DNA from: Balanoglossus misakiensis
Lineage: Eukaryota > Animalia > Hemichordata
Direction of reading: 5' to 3'
Length of the DNA: 64,000 bases
Assembly: GCA_040954595.2 (NCBI GenBank)
Contig: CM082595.2
Coordinates: 1,986,635 to 2,050,634, forward strand
The position numbers and the translations under genes are program-made. Every line of letters begins with the position of its first letter. Position 1 is the first letter of the stretch. The notes under the pieces were generated by a model. It was given only the letters and a program-made list of their open reading frames with translations, did no database searches and was not told the DNA's origin. Shown here piece by piece: positions 12,998 to 25,100 of this stretch.

Positions 12998-15900
12998 ATG
13001 GCGGCTACCATGCGAAATAAACTATTTCTCTGTTTTACAGTAATTTTATCTAAATTCTTGTTCAGTAACGCTCTTTATGCTGACCAAGTGGGGAAATTTG
13101 ACTGGTAAGTAAGTGTTTACAAATCTCGAACTGCTTAAATTAGCTGTGTTAAGGTCACAGGACGGTGGCTGAGGTATATCGATCGTGGTAATTAACACCA
13201 TGCATGGCCCCCAAGCCTCAGTGGCTCACAGCAACCCACCTGTATCCAGACAAAGAAACATAATTCACACCTTTCGGTGTTTTGCATAATGCACCATTCC
13301 GAGGTTAGAGTTGACCAATAGGACACGGTGGCCTATTGGTCTAATTCCACGCCTACATATCTCCAAGAATTGTAGTGGTTGCTTTCGCTTCCTGACAGTG
13401 TCCGCGACCCTATTATTGACTCTACTACCACACATGGTGATTGGCTCAATGACAGGGTCAGAGGTCCAGGGTTTACATAAAAATGAAGGCGTAAATATGA
13501 TTGAAGCCCCTTTCACCACCATGGTTTGGTCCAAATCCATAATTTTCTGTGGTTACTTTGGACCTCTAATACATGGAGATGGGGTGAAAGCCTAGGGGTT
13601 TAAAGGCCCTAAGGGTTATACTAAATCTATCAGAAAATCTTAAATGTCAGAGGAATAAACTCATCTGATACATCCTTGTATGGCATTGTAAATTTACGTT
13701 ATTGTAATAAATTTATTTTTTATTATTAAATTGACACATTTTCCCAGAGTGTATCAAAATCTGAAACATTGTGTGATATGTCTTGGTAAATTAAAGCCTC
13801 ACGAGCTGCAACTTGATAAAAAATGTAAGCTTTATATAATCTCGGATATATGCTTTTATTCTGTCTATTAAAATTATATTGCCTGATAGTATGTCAAGAA
13901 AACTTATTTATGACAAAATGGGTAGAAAAATTAAAAAAAATATCAATACAGCAAAAATTCCTGCAATGAAAAATATCTTCAGTACGTACAGAGAAATTAG
14001 CTAAATATTTTATATGTAATATCTCTAGGAGACGTCAATTCATCGGTAAATCCACCTTTCTGAAATTCGACCAAACACCATCAGGGAGTGGACGCAGACT
14101 ACTAGTGGCCACAGAATCCAATGTATTAGCATCAGTGAATGCAAGGACTGGAGAAATTGTATGGCGACAGATTTTTCAAAGTGGAGATCTTGGCCACATT
14201 GATGCGATGGTCCATAAAGATAATGGTAAGTCAAAATACATACTATTAAACAGGACATTTTCGCAAACAAAAAATCATGATATTGCCCTCGCTAGCTACT
14301 GGAAGTCCCCTGAACTGTAACTATTTCCTTCACAGTATTTGTGACGGTTTCTGGATATGGAAAGTATCTTCGGTCATGGGATGCAGCAACTGGATACTTG
14401 ATGTGGGAAGAAGTTACAGACAATAGAATTGAGGAACAGGCAAGGTAGGGAATTTTCAAGAAGATATGAGCGTGATTTAAAAACAATTTAAAACTGTTTA
14501 CTAGAAAATTTTCATTTGTGGAACTGCTTGGCCAATAACTACCATTCTCTTCTCAATTTCCGGTCACCATCACTGCTTTTCAAGCAAACATATTCAAGTT
14601 TTCTTTTAGCAAAAGTGCTTGTCTGACCCAACCAGCATGGGGAGAACCCTGGTCAGGTCATGTTCTGTCGGGAAATGACAATGACTAATTGATGTTTTTG
14701 TTTACAGGAAATCAGTTGCTGTTTATTCTAACAAAGATCACATTGCTGTGTTGACATCAAACAATGTCTTTCTCCATTCCGTCAAAGATGGTTCTCAACT
14801 CTGGGCAAATCAACTGCCAAACAGGTAATTAAAGATAGAAAATAACCTGCACATTAAGTTCGTTGTAATTTACAATGGCAATTTCAAAATTAGCAAATAA
14901 ACAAGAAAACATTATTAGACATAACGATTACAAATGTTGGTTCTACCATGAATGAGATTATTGTCTTTCTTTTTTCAAGACATTATCTAATGTCATCTCC
15001 TTCATGATGTTGTTTTATATTACAGTGACTCTGTCAAGTATCAATGGGTTCATGGTTTGGATAAAACCCTGTTCGTGGTTGGTCTAGTGGAGAATTCACA
15101 CTTTTCTGTTGTTAGTTATCATCTTGATAAAGAGGGAGAACAGATCTCACAGGTTGGTTCAACTTCCATAAACACAAATCAATATTTTAATATTACGGCT
15201 GTTGCAATTTAAGGGCGATGATTGCTTTAAGGTCATTTAATCGAAGTACTTCCTTTGCCATCCTCACACCTTGCTACCTATATTGAAACATCACCATAAT
15301 GAAAGAACTGAGTGTGTGTTGAATTGCCAACAAGCTCTACACTGCTTTTACTGTCTTTCACAGAAACCATTACCAGCTGCCTGGGCTTCAGCCTCCAGTA
15401 TATCCTGTATTGTAGTCGGCATGACACATCTAGTGTGTATAGAGTCTCTTACAAATTCTCTCCACTCAGTGGCTTTGGAGGATGGTACTGCTTTCCACAA
15501 CACTCCAGTTATAGTAAGTAATATCCTCTCACCGCAATGGTTCAGTCCATACCCATTGTTTTCTATGGCAAGGTTGGACCTCTAAAGAGGGAACTGGGGG
15601 TGAAAGTGTTAAAATTACATGAGACATTTTCAAGCAATAAACCCTGTTGTATGTAGGACATTGCTGTCACTCGACCATGATGTACCGGTATATTGTGTGA
15701 CTGAATTTTGAGATCAAATGATGTTTTATTTTCAGGCTCTTGGTTTGCAAGGTTCCAGCATTAAACAACCCAGTCTCAAAGCTTTATTTCCTACAAGATC
15801 AGAGTTTATAATCCAGTTGAATAATGAGCATGCTGCCTTGGTGAAACTGGATGGTGGAAGTATAAAACTAATCCATGATTTGCCCAAGGTTAGTTCAGTT

Positions 15901-18900
15901 TGGTTTTTAATGAAATCGTGAAAGTCACATAGCTGTGAGGTATTCTTGTATGTTGTTGGCAAAAGTTTGTATTATTGAGAATATTTTTGACAAAAACACT
16001 GCCCAGAAACTCCATGGTTTTGTGTAATATTTAATCACTGTATGTATTTTTTTCACTTCTGTTCAAAGACTCTTGTCACCAGTTTTGAATCCACCCCACA
16101 CCAAGATATCATTGTCACTGTGGAACGGAAAACAAATATAGTGAGTATATTTCAAATAGTTTACATTTTACATTCAGTGAAACATGACTACATTATGTGG
16201 ATTTAAGGATGTATGCACAGAACATAAATGGACAATGTCATCATTTTTGTAAGTGTTTTCTTTGATCTTTGCAGGTTTACATTATCAGCTGTATCGATGC
16301 CAAGACAGGATCTAAGATTAAAGACACCAAACAGATAGTAACCATGCCACAACATACTGGCCAACCAACTCAGGTAAGAAAAATGGTCATACCCCATATC
16401 TCATCACATTTCTCGTCTTTGTGTCAGGAGTTCTATGCAAGCAGAGCTTCAGATATCAAATATTTTAAAGCTTAAAATATAAATTTTCACTAGAGATATT
16501 TATATGTAGGCTTCCCTGTTCATGTTCTACTCTATACACATAAAGCAATGTAGCAAAACTTCTTCCAATCTCATTATTTTCAACAGATGGGTGTACACTT
16601 CTTCTCCAAGAAAGAGTCCCAGCTGGGTTACCGAGTAATACTTCAGACAGAAGACTATGCAATGTCTTTTATACAACAACCAGGTAAGATACACACAACG
16701 GTCTTTTCACAAGTTAACAATATGTCACAAATATGTCTGTGGGAATACTATACTATTGAAAGTCTCACACACGAAAGAATAAACAGAAAAACATTTCAGA
16801 GCATATTCAGTTAACTGAGATGATTATTGTGCCAACCATTTCAGGGAAAGTACTATGGACAAGAGAAGAAGCATTATCAACAATCTTATCAGTTGAGATG
16901 GTGGATCTTCCTGTAACAGACACTGAAGCAAAGTTTGAGGATGAGTTTGGCACTCAACAAGGGGGTAAGTCAAAGACACCAATCAACCGATTTCACTTTT
17001 GTATATGTCAAACTATTATGTATTTAGAAGGAAAAATACATCTGGAAATTATGTATTTTGTGTCTTGTTACTAAAAATGAAGCATTATTCTTTTGCAGAA
17101 GATGTATTCAGCATGTTTTCCAGGAGATTGACTACTCAATTTGCACAGCTAAAAGTAAGTACATTTTATCATGAAAATTTTTTGTCCAGTGCTATTTCAT
17201 TAGCTCCGTCATCTGCTGTCTTCCATTCTGCGTGCGTAAACTCTTGTCTTTTTCTCTGAAACCAGTCTGGGTTTTTTTTGTGATTCCAGGGATATGTGAT
17301 GTCATTGAAGAGACGAATGAGACATGGACATCATCATGAACACCTGACTGTGGAAGATCTCAAACCTGACAAAAACAATAATGGCAATGATGAAGATGAT
17401 GACGATGATGATGACTACCTACGAAGAGATCAGTTCAGTTTGCATAAAATGATTGTAATCATCACAGAGGCTGGAAAGGTCAGTGTTCCTTTCATGAAAG
17501 ACTGTCTTTGGCTTGCATTTTCCATTTTAAAATGTGTTTTTAATATTCATTGTCTTTGTTACTACTTGCAGTTGTACGGTATGGACACTGAGGATGGTAG
17601 TCTCATCTGGCGACATTTCTTGCCACAGATGTCATTCTTTGAGAGGAATGGCAAACGCTCACTACCGATGTTTGTGCAGAGAACCACAGCTCATTTCCCA
17701 CACCCTCCACAAGTTGTCATTGTTGGCAAAGACAGGGTCAGTTTGTGTAAAGCCCCTTATGAGCTGCCTCATTTCACTTATTTATTTTCCACAATAAAAT
17801 ACCTCAAATCTTCTCCCTATCCTTTAAAATCCTCCCCATTAAACCATATTACTTTTATTTGCTTCAGTTTGTCATCTCTTGGCGACGCACACCACGATAG
17901 TTGTGTATTGTTTGTATGGAGGTATCTTTAATGCTTAGGCGGGATAGGTTTCTGCCCTCTTGCAAACCTGATATGCTGATACAGCAATACTATGTGCCAC
18001 TAATAATGCCTTGGTGTTTCATTGCAGGATTCTGATCACACCAGACTCCATACATTCAATCCTATTACGGGTAAACCCAGCAATCCCAGCTCCCCTCATG
18101 GAAGTCTCTTAGAATTCCAGCTGCAACAAGTTACGATGTTGCCAGTTGTGGATCATGAATTCCTCAAGATCATACTTCTCCTAGACAGTCAACAAAAGGT
18201 AGGTACCTTGTGATAGCGTTAATCCTTTCACCCCCGGTTCCCTCTAGAGAGGTCCAACCTTACCATAGAAAGCAATGGGTTTGGACTGAACCATGGTGTT
18301 GAAAGGGGTAATGTAGCAGATCATGAGCATGAGATGTGTTATACAGTAGGAATGTAAAACTATACTGCTAGGCTACTCATTACTGCCATACAAATATCAC
18401 CAATGCAGTATGCCCTCTCTGCCCATATGATGCGCCACTGACTCAACAAACTCACTGGTGACTCAAGAAAATTATCCACACTACATGCAAAGGTATAGGG
18501 CTGACTCAGAGAACTTTTTAAAAATCCTCAAATTGACTCAGAGCTGTTAAAAGTTATGTTTGTTAGAGGGCACACTGTACCCATGTCATTGAAATGAAAT
18601 AAAATCAAATATCACTTCTTTGTTCATAGGTACACGTCTTACCTGGAGAAAGCCAATCTGTACTTGGTGAGATACTGCCTTCAACATATATGTTCACTGT
18701 CAACAGTACAGACGGAAGGATTGCAGGACATGCCCTGATGGAAACAGCTAACAAGGAAATAGTCGCAGAGACTGTATGGAATGTACAACTCCCTGATGAT
18801 CAAGTCATCACCAACGTGGTTGCTAAGAGACCTACAGGTGACTATTCTCTTTTTCTCCATAAAACATCAAGATTTTTTTAGGCTCTTAATTCATTTCAGA

Positions 18901-21306
18901 ATGCAACATTTTCCATTTTTCTTTTGCCTTTACAGAGTCTATAAAGGATCATAACAGATTGTTGTTTTTAAATCACGTTGATATAGATTGCAAACATTTG
19001 ATGTTTGTGAGCAAAACACTGGTCCATGACCATTGGGAGAAATGTATTGCTTCGTTGTAACCCCCATACATTACCTGTATTTTTGTTTCTAATTCCAGAA
19101 CATGTCCACTCACAAGGGAGAGTACTTGGAGATCGTAGTGTCCTCTACAAATACTTGAATCCAAACTTAGTTGCTCTTGCAGCTGAAGGAGTGGACACAG
19201 CCGGCAAAGGTAAGTTATCAACGTGACACTTCTTGTAAACCCAACTTTGCTCAATTACGGAAAAATACTGGCAATATATATGATAACCTTTTGTCGGGAT
19301 TTTGTGTTAATTAGCCCTCAATCTGGCAAACTATTCAATCTAATCCTTTTATCCTTTTCTCTCAGCATTTCTGAACATGTATTTAGTTGATGTTGTGACC
19401 GGGAATATCATTTTTGCTGCAAATCACAAACGAGCTATTGGACCAGTTCACATTATACATTCAGAAAATTGGATTGTGGTAAGTAATGTATTCATCTCAT
19501 AAACTATAAAAGTTGCATATCAGCATGATCACAGAAGCTTGGTTTGGGGGGGGGTGAAGCAATGATAGACATCTGAGTATTAAAAGGAACTGGCAGGAAA
19601 ATTATTGCATGACAGAAATTAGTTTCACTTCTAACTTTTATATTCTGTATCTTTCCTGAATGCAGTACGAGTATTGGAACAATCGACACCGCAGACATGA
19701 AGTCACTGTACTTGAACTCTTCGAAGGAAGTAAACACAGAAACAGGTATGAGAGTGATTAATATCAAGAGTATTATTGTTAGTTTTCAAACCTCTTCTTA
19801 TATCCTCGGTAATACTCATGAGGTTAGTCTCCTGAGGTGGTTTTGTGTCTATTCCACAAGACTTGAAATGCTCTCAAAGTAGTGTTTTGCAGTAATTTAG
19901 TTCCCTGTGCATGTGACATGAACACTAAACAGATTAAAATATGTAACAGCTTCATTACTCACCAGGAGAAGTATTTAAATTTCTGATTGTGAATTAATTT
20001 AACAGCACAACGTTTTCATCGCTGGATCCCCCCAAAATGCCAGTTGTTGCCAGACAGTCATACATTCTACCAGTAGCACTACAAGCTCTTGCCACAACAT
20101 ATACAGAGAAGGGAATCACAAACAAAGCCATACTCAGTAAGTGTGACCATATCTTTACTCAATCAACTTTGAAACAAGTTTGATCTTAGTTTTGAATATT
20201 ATTATTAAATGTATTTTAATTATAATGTGATTATGACTTCATCATTTTCAGTGGCGTTACAGACTGGTGGAATATTGAATATGCCCAAACCATTCCTGGA
20301 TCCTCGACGACCGCAAATTCCAACAGCTGTCCATAAAGAGGAGGGACTGGTGCCATATCTGCCTGAGCTGCCGATATCAACAGAAGCGTTTATCAATTAC
20401 AACCAAACTGTAAGTGGCTTTGATGTACTACTGTAAAATGATAATCATTCCATTTTACACGTTGTTCTTTCGCGACTATGCGATATGCAATATTCCCTTA
20501 TACTCAGATATACACAATTTTATATTAGCATTTCCTGACTCTATGTTGAGTGACTGGAGTGATATCCAAAGCACTATGTCAACTTGTGAACTCAGTCTAT
20601 GTTTGCCCTTTTCAGGTATTTGGCGTCCGAGGTATACAGACAGCACCAGCTGGACTGGAATCAACATGCTTAGTTTTAACCTATGGACTGGGTAAGTCTT
20701 CCTCGTGTTATCTATCAGATTTTTTCAGAAAATTCTGATACATAACAAAATTCGGATATGATCAATTCTACTCGAAATGTTCTTTTCCCGGACGATCATT
20801 CTGTATTGTGATATTAATAGATGGAACCAGGAATTCAAATGCACCATGGTACAAACAAAAACATGAATGAAAATGGCCATACGTGTATTACAATGAACGC
20901 ACTCATCCACATGTATTTACGTGTACTGCTATCGCGACTAGTTCCGCGTTTAGTTTCCATAGAATACTACAGTCGTCTGCTTGCGACATTTCTTTCTGGA
21001 GTAGGTAATAGTTTTGGTGGCGGTATACGGGGCTCAGGCTTTATCATCATGACCGGTGTGTATGAGAGTGTCTGTGGTCAACTAAGTTTGTTCCATGGAT
21101 ATGTTGACTATTTCCTTTGTTCCTTTTCCTGTCTATCATTTTCAGATATGTTCTTCACGCGGATATTTCCATCAAAGATGTTTGATGTTCTCAAAGATGA
21201 TTTTGATTATTATTTTATTATCACCGTTGTGGGTGGTTTACTGGCAGCAACTGTCATCACACAAAAATTAGCCGCCATGAAAACATTAAAGAAAGCGTGG
21301 AGATAG
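12998..21306 (+). CDS. EMC1: ER membrane protein complex subunit 1 (~23 exons)
   Basis: Exon 1 (12998-13104) encodes a signal peptide plus [11 protein letters not shown]. Later exons give [70 protein letters not shown] and [10 protein letters not shown] followed by a C-terminal TM and KKAWR*. Splice sites checked are GT-AG. Confidence 0.97.
15523..15612. mobile_element. TTAA-MITE copy (reverse orientation) in an EMC1 intron
   Basis: atggttcagtcca...cattgttttctatggcaaggttggacctct...ggaactgggggtgaaagtgttaa matches the 10599 element. Confidence 0.7.
18219..18311. mobile_element. TTAA-MITE copy in an EMC1 intron
   Basis: ttaatcctttcacccccgg...accatagaaagcaatggg...tgaaaggggtaa. Confidence 0.75.
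18406..18577. mobile_element. hAT-like MITE with CAG...CTG termini in an EMC1 intron
   Basis: TIR cagtatgccctct / agagggcacactg (1 mismatch); flanks caccaatg / tacccatg resemble a decayed 8-bp TSD; four internal TGACTCA motifs. Confidence 0.6.
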
Positions 21307-22109
21307 GCCTTGTTATAACCTTAGCAACTTAAAAAGTAACTGGCAAGTTTGCTTTTCTGTCGATCTATAAATCTTTAGTCTGTGCTGCACCAACCTGTTC
21401 TCAGTAAAATGTACCCACAGGGCATACCCAATCTCTGACAAAGACTATGGTTGCCGCCATCTTGTCTGTCGTTAGGCAGGCCATACAACTGTTAGGAATA
21501 TGTGAAGGCGCTTTTTGTACTATTTTCAAGGTGTAATTTTGTGGTAATATACAATGTACGTTATTTAATATCGACGTCATAAAATGTCTGAAAGGTTTTG
21601 AATTTACATGAAGTAACAGAGTTAGGTGATTTCTAGTACGTTTATTCTGTGATGTCATTGAATATAATTTTCTGAAAAATCTAATCATGAAAGAGGTAAA
21701 AAATGTTTGTTTTTTTGTACTGAAAGAAATGAAAATTAAATGTTGACAGTGCTGTTTCAATCGGTTTCATGGTCTGGTAATATTTGAGATGAGACAGTAA
21801 GTATACCATAGATTTTTTTTCAACTTTATTACTACATATTAATCAGAAACAAAAATATAAACAATGCGTAAACAAAGGACAAGTATACAAGATAAGCTTA
21901 CAGTAAGTGAATAATGCAAAAATATAAAAAGTCCAGAAGTCAACAGGAACAAAACAAAAAATATAAATGGCACTTATGAAAAATATTGAATATACGGAAT
22001 TCAATGTTTTTAAAATTGCTGAAACGCAATATTTCCTTTTATTACTGATATTTTTGTTCGTTTTTTGAATAAGTCCTTCAGATCGATACAACTTTGACTT
22101 TGTTTCATT

Positions 22110-25100
22110 TCATGAAGGAAATCGGTCGCTGTGAGAAACAAATTCTTCATCATTCTCGTCATATATATCATAAAACGTATCATCATTATCAGAATCACTG
22201 TCGTAGATGCCTGAACCTTCAATAGCTTGCCGAACCTAATAAATAAAAAAAATAAACCATGTATTATCGTTCATGCACTTCAGATGATGTATTTTGCCAT
22301 AAGTTAATATCACTGATATTTCCTAAAATATTTTAGACTAGTCACTCTCTCGATCACCTTACAGTATTCATAAATAAACTTTGAACAACTCATGAAGCAC
22401 AATGCCTACCTGTTCTAGGCCTACAATGCCAACCAAACTACCCTTGTTGGTCACATATGCTTTGTTTATACCAAGCAGGCTAAACAAAGTATGAATCTGC
22501 AAAAAAATAAAAGATTAACATTAATCCGGGCTAACACAAGATCTTGTGAAAGCAGAAAAGCCTTTGTTATTAATTATGTATAAGATAGGTAGCCAGGTAA
22601 ATTCCCTAAAATCATGGCCATACAAAAAATACCTTATGTAATGATGTCTTCTCAACAATATACAACGGAGCAGGATCTATTATACAGGGGTCAAAGTTCA
22701 CCCTATTCTTCAGTTTGGCACTTTCCCATTGCAGTTGCTGTGAAACATAAATGTCTTAATTAAGCATCCAAAATTGCAAAAAAAAGGGGGGGGGGAGAAA
22801 AATGACTTCACTTTGTGTAGAGATTTTGGCAGCATTGTTCCAATCAAACTTAATATGCTAGATAGAAATATTCTCCAGGAGTGATGGTCAGTAATTCAGT
22901 TAAATAACTTTTTTGAAACAAAATCACAACTTGTTTGATCACATGAAAGTAGCAGCATTGAGTGCTTATACGTGAGATAATGTCTTAGATTATCTAATTT
23001 TGAATCTTGCAATAATTGTTTTATACAAACCTCTTCTGGATTCAAGTCAACAAATCCACGATCATCCTAGAAAGTGAAAAAAAGCAGTTTTTGTGATACT
23101 CCAATCCAAACAACCATAATGTATAAATTTCAATAGAGCTGATAAACAGCTCTCTTCTAATGTACACAGATTTCCTCGATTTGAGTGCATAAAACTCGTG
23201 ATCATAGAGGTAAGATTGAAATGTTACTTACTTTTGAGGAACCAAAACTGTACATACTTTCGTCTGTCGAGAATTCATTGGAAGGGAGGAAGAAAGAGCA
23301 ATCAAACAGTTGGATAAGATTGGTTTCAGTTATCGCTATGAAATTCAGGTATTGTTATATGTTTGTATAAAGGAAAATGAAGGAATAACATACCTTTAGG
23401 GAAAATCTGTTGGCTTTTCAACGAGGACCTTGGTGAACTGGCAACCCTGGGAGATGATTTCTCTTCTACTCGAGACTATTTGCAAGAATAAATGTTAAAG
23501 AAGTGATGAAAGGTATGAAAGCTTAAAGCACTACAGTGAGTGTGGTCGACCTTTTACCCAGAATGCAATTATTATATGTTTTGACCCCCTAGCATGAAGT
23601 GAAAATCTCCACGTAGGAACTTGGAGTACCAGAAGCTGGCCTTCCAACTTTGTTATCAAATTTATGGAGTCTCAGGTGTTCATGGTCCCAATGCTTGTCT
23701 ATATTTTTACAGCTACCTTGAAAGACCCTGTAGTTTCAATGGAAATTTGCAACATCTTTAGTTGGTGCTGCACCTAAGAACATATGGTGTAAAGCACATG
23801 CAATTATGACTGCAGCTTACTTCGCTCTTTCCTGACTTGTCATCAAAGTGCACAGCAACATCTTTGGTCTCACGAGATCCCTTGCGTACAGGAATGGTTC
23901 CTGCTGACGATTTCCTCAAAGCTTCTTTTGTCCTGGCACTTTTACCCATGTGTTGTTCCACCAGGAATTCTAACTCTGATCGAGACACTACTCCATATAA
24001 AGTTTTTTTGTCTGCACAATAAACAAAAATAAGGGGTAAGAATTTTTGCTTTTATTTTAGCGGAAAATAGTGAAAATAAAGTTCTAGTGAAAATTAAGTA
24101 TTCTACAGTAACCCATACAGAAACTCTCCTGTGAAGAATTTGAGGCGTGAAGATGCTTATAGCTAGCTTACCACTGTTGTCCAGTAGAGGATAATTCCTG
24201 TGATAAGTTTGTGATAATACGTACTTCAAGTCCATGTAGGTGAACTCATATGCAATGTAATTGATCTTAGTTGTCATAATATCTTCTGCTAAGATATTAT
24301 GTGTTCTGTAATAGAAGCAGCAGATGGTTTAGTTTTTGCAATTGCCAAAGTAACTTAGCTGTACAATGATAAAGTTGAAGTTCCACCAATGATTGAATCA
24401 TAAAACTGTTTAAGATATGATACTTAGGAAATCGGTGCTGAATCGTTTTGATATCTGTCCTGTATACATACCTTCCCTCGCCTACAGCGATGTCTGGTAG
24501 ATACGGCAGTTTCTTGAGCTGGATGATACTATTGAAAATAGACGGCTGCAGTAACTGGCTGATGGCATTAGCAATTAATACAGCAACCTGCAAATGTATA
24601 CAAACATGAAACGATTCCCACTGGCTGGCCAATATGTGACAGTCTGTTTTTTAACATATTGGGCAATTGAAATGCCTCTACAATGTTAACATTAGTGCTT
24701 AGGTTTGATTTTATTTGGGCCAATAATTTTAATATTTCTGTATCCTCCACCAAGGTGTATAATCTGCTAACCACATGCATGATTATTCAACCCTCATACA
24801 CTTACCATGACAGGCAGTATATGTGTTAACTGCCCGGTCATCTCAGCTACAATTACTGATGTGGATACAGTTTGAGTCACAGCCCCAGATAGAGCAGCAG
24901 CACCTGCAATGAAATCATACATTGTTTGTGTTTACCCTTTCTCCGCTATGGTCCAGTCCAAATGCATTGTTTTCTATGGTAAGCTTGGACCTCTATAGAG
25001 GGAACTGGGGGTGAAAGGGTTAAACTGTAAAACAACATGTTGTTAAATATAGTAAGATTCAACATAAGCACAAGATAGAGTACCATTCATGCAGGCTTAT

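Noticed and set aside
14436-14450. Possible GC-AG donor (CAG|gcaag) in EMC1
   Set aside because: The canonical AG|gtaggg donor 5 nt downstream gives the phase needed by the next exon.
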